Origin: an uncultured delta proteobacterium
Lineage (GTDB): Bacteria; Desulfobacterota; Binatia; UBA9968
NCBI GenBank assembly: GCA_963811315.1
Contig: CAWERH010000013.1
Location: forward strand, 134,123 to 198,122
Length of the DNA: 64,000 nucleotides
Direction: 5' to 3'
Shown: positions 61,719 to 64,000 of the stretch, one piece after another
Layout: each line of letters opens with the position of its first letter
Numbering within the stretch: position 1 is the stretch's first letter
The notes under the pieces: generated by a model
Seen by the model: the letters and a program-made list of their open reading frames with translations, nothing else
What the model was told of the DNA's origin: nothing
The model's database searches: none
Made by a program: the position numbers and the translations under genes

Positions 61719-62883
61719 TTAGTTCCTTACCGCCGCGACGATTTTCTCGGCGGCCTCGGCCATCGTTTCGGCGGGAATAATCGCCAGTCCTGAATCAGCC
61801 AGGATTTTTTTGCCGAGGTCGACATTGGTGCCTTGCATTCTGACCACCAGTGGAACGCTGACGCTCAATTCGCGCGCGGCATCGACGACGCCCTGGGCCA
61901 ACACGTCGCAACGCATGATGCCGCCGAAAATATTGATCAGCAGGCCGCGCACGCGGGCGTCGGCCAACAGGATCTTGAAAGCTTGCGCAACCTTTTCTTT
62001 ATCGGCGCCGCCCCCGACGTCGAGAAAGTTCGCCGGCTCGCCGCCGTAAAGCTTGATGATGTCCATCGTCGCCATTGCCAAACCGGCGCCGTTCACCATG
62101 CAGGCGATGTTGCCATCCAGCGAAATGTAGGAAAGATCGTACTTGCTCGCTTCGACTTCGCTGCGGATCTTCCTCGTCGAGATCGCGCAACGCGAGAATA
62201 TCCTTTTGGCGAAAAAACGCGTTGCTGTCGAAATTCATCTTGGCATCCAACGCCATGATTTGGCCGTCAGACGTGATGATCAGCGGATTGATTTCCGCCA
62301 GCGCAGCGTCGCACTCTTCGAAAGCGCGATAAAGCCCCTGCATGACGCCAGTCATTTTCCCGGTCAGGTTAGCGGGGATGCCGAGCGCAAACGCCAAACG
62401 TCGGCACTGAAAGGCCGCGAGCCCGATCACCGGATCGATGGTTTCCTTGAGAATCTTCTCCGGATGCCGGTCGGCAACCTCTTCAATCTCAACGCCTCCT
62501 TCGGTTGAACAAATCACCGTGACACGGGACTGGGCCCGGTCCAAAACCATGGCAAGATAGAGCTCGCGCGCAATACCGACGCCCTGCTCGACCAATACTC
62601 GCCGTACTTGGCGACCTTCCGGCCCGGTTTGATGGGTGACCAAATTGTGGCCGAGCATGGCAGCGGCTTTTTGCGCGGCTTCATCCGGGCTTTTTACCAC
62701 TTTGACCCCGCCGCCCTTGCCGCGGCCGCCGGCATGGATCTGCGCCTTGACGACGCAAACCGCGCCACCTAACTCAGCGGCAGCAGCCTTGGCTTCCTCC
62801 GGCGTCGATGCGACGATGCCGCGCGGGACGACAACGCCGAATCGCTTGAGGATCTCCTTGGCTTGAAACTCGTGTATGTTCAT
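61719..62883 (-). CDS. sucC: Succinate--CoA ligase [ADP-forming] subunit beta, frame-shifted near 62170
   Basis: [17 protein letters not shown]... ATP-grasp; C-terminal ligase-CoA domain in 61719..62099. Confidence 0.9.
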
Positions 62884-62905
62884 CGGTCCGGGATCTTCAT
62901 AAAAC

Positions 62906-62941
62906 GAGACCCTAAGACTAAACGATTAGCCTCAGGGTCTC
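62906..62941. promoter_or_regulatory. Perfect 8-bp stem hairpin (GAGACCCT-N20-AGGGTCTC) between mdh and sucC
   Basis: On minus strand followed by GTTTTAT; possible partial terminator/attenuator. Confidence 0.45.
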
Positions 62942-62964
62942 AATAACATCAGGGCTGGAAACGG

Positions 62965-63923
<959 letters not shown>

Positions 63924-64000
63924 CTAATTCTGACTATTAAGCTTTACACTCGGTCCTCAGTCCTCGCGACTCAGTCCTGATCTACATACTGGCGATAATC

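Noticed and set aside
60856-61722. 288-aa plus-strand ORF
   Set aside because: Antisense to sucD.

Overview
High-GC, gene-dense bacterial chromosomal segment with about 60 protein-coding genes on both strands. I found no rRNA, tRNA, CRISPR array, transposase or integrase. The first ~40 kb is dominated by paralogous enzyme families in a catabolic-looking, aromatic-acid style gene set: five amidohydrolase-2 genes, two LLM/F420-type flavin oxidoreductases, four or five NMT1/THI5-like solute-binding proteins (one without signal peptide), two VOC/glyoxalase proteins, a Rieske oxygenase alpha subunit, a UbiD-family decarboxylase, an arylmalonate-decarboxylase/maleate-isomerase-like protein, a solo xanthine-dehydrogenase-family Mo subunit, a MOSC protein, a cupin, ornithine cyclodeaminase, an SDR and a D-2-hydroxyacid dehydrogenase. 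Scattered among these genes are an ABC-F ATPase, two secreted TPR proteins, a GHKL-type ATPase, an M23 peptidase, an RlpA-like lipoprotein, a CarD/CdnL regulator, a GT4 + O-methyltransferase pair, hsp20-lon, phosphohexomutase and dgkA. The last ~18 kb is a housekeeping run on the minus strand: lhr, lepB, lepA, two NAD-dependent epimerases, ugd, a GT2, a PfkB kinase, mtnP, rlmN, ndk, sucD, sucC, mdh. A striking global property is that at least 20 genes, including essential ones (lepA, sucC, mdh, rlmN, lhr, ugd), are broken by single frame shifts, some at homopolymers (for example the a/aaa run near 56585), which points to indel errors in the assembly rather than real pseudogenes. No canonical defence or mobile system was recognisable. 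The most unusual signals are: (i) a decarboxylase-rich cluster (36.1-41.9 kb) with a nested GTTCCAAT inverted/direct repeat element between the UbiD-family and AMDase-like genes; (ii) a 9-bp x4 GTTCAA tandem array upstream of an amidohydrolase gene; (iii) 22-bp direct repeats plus a hairpin bracketing a VOC gene; (iv) a segmental duplication at the window start; (v) an AT-richer island carrying a CdnL-like regulator and a Cys-rich small protein; and (vi) a lone GHKL ATPase gene.
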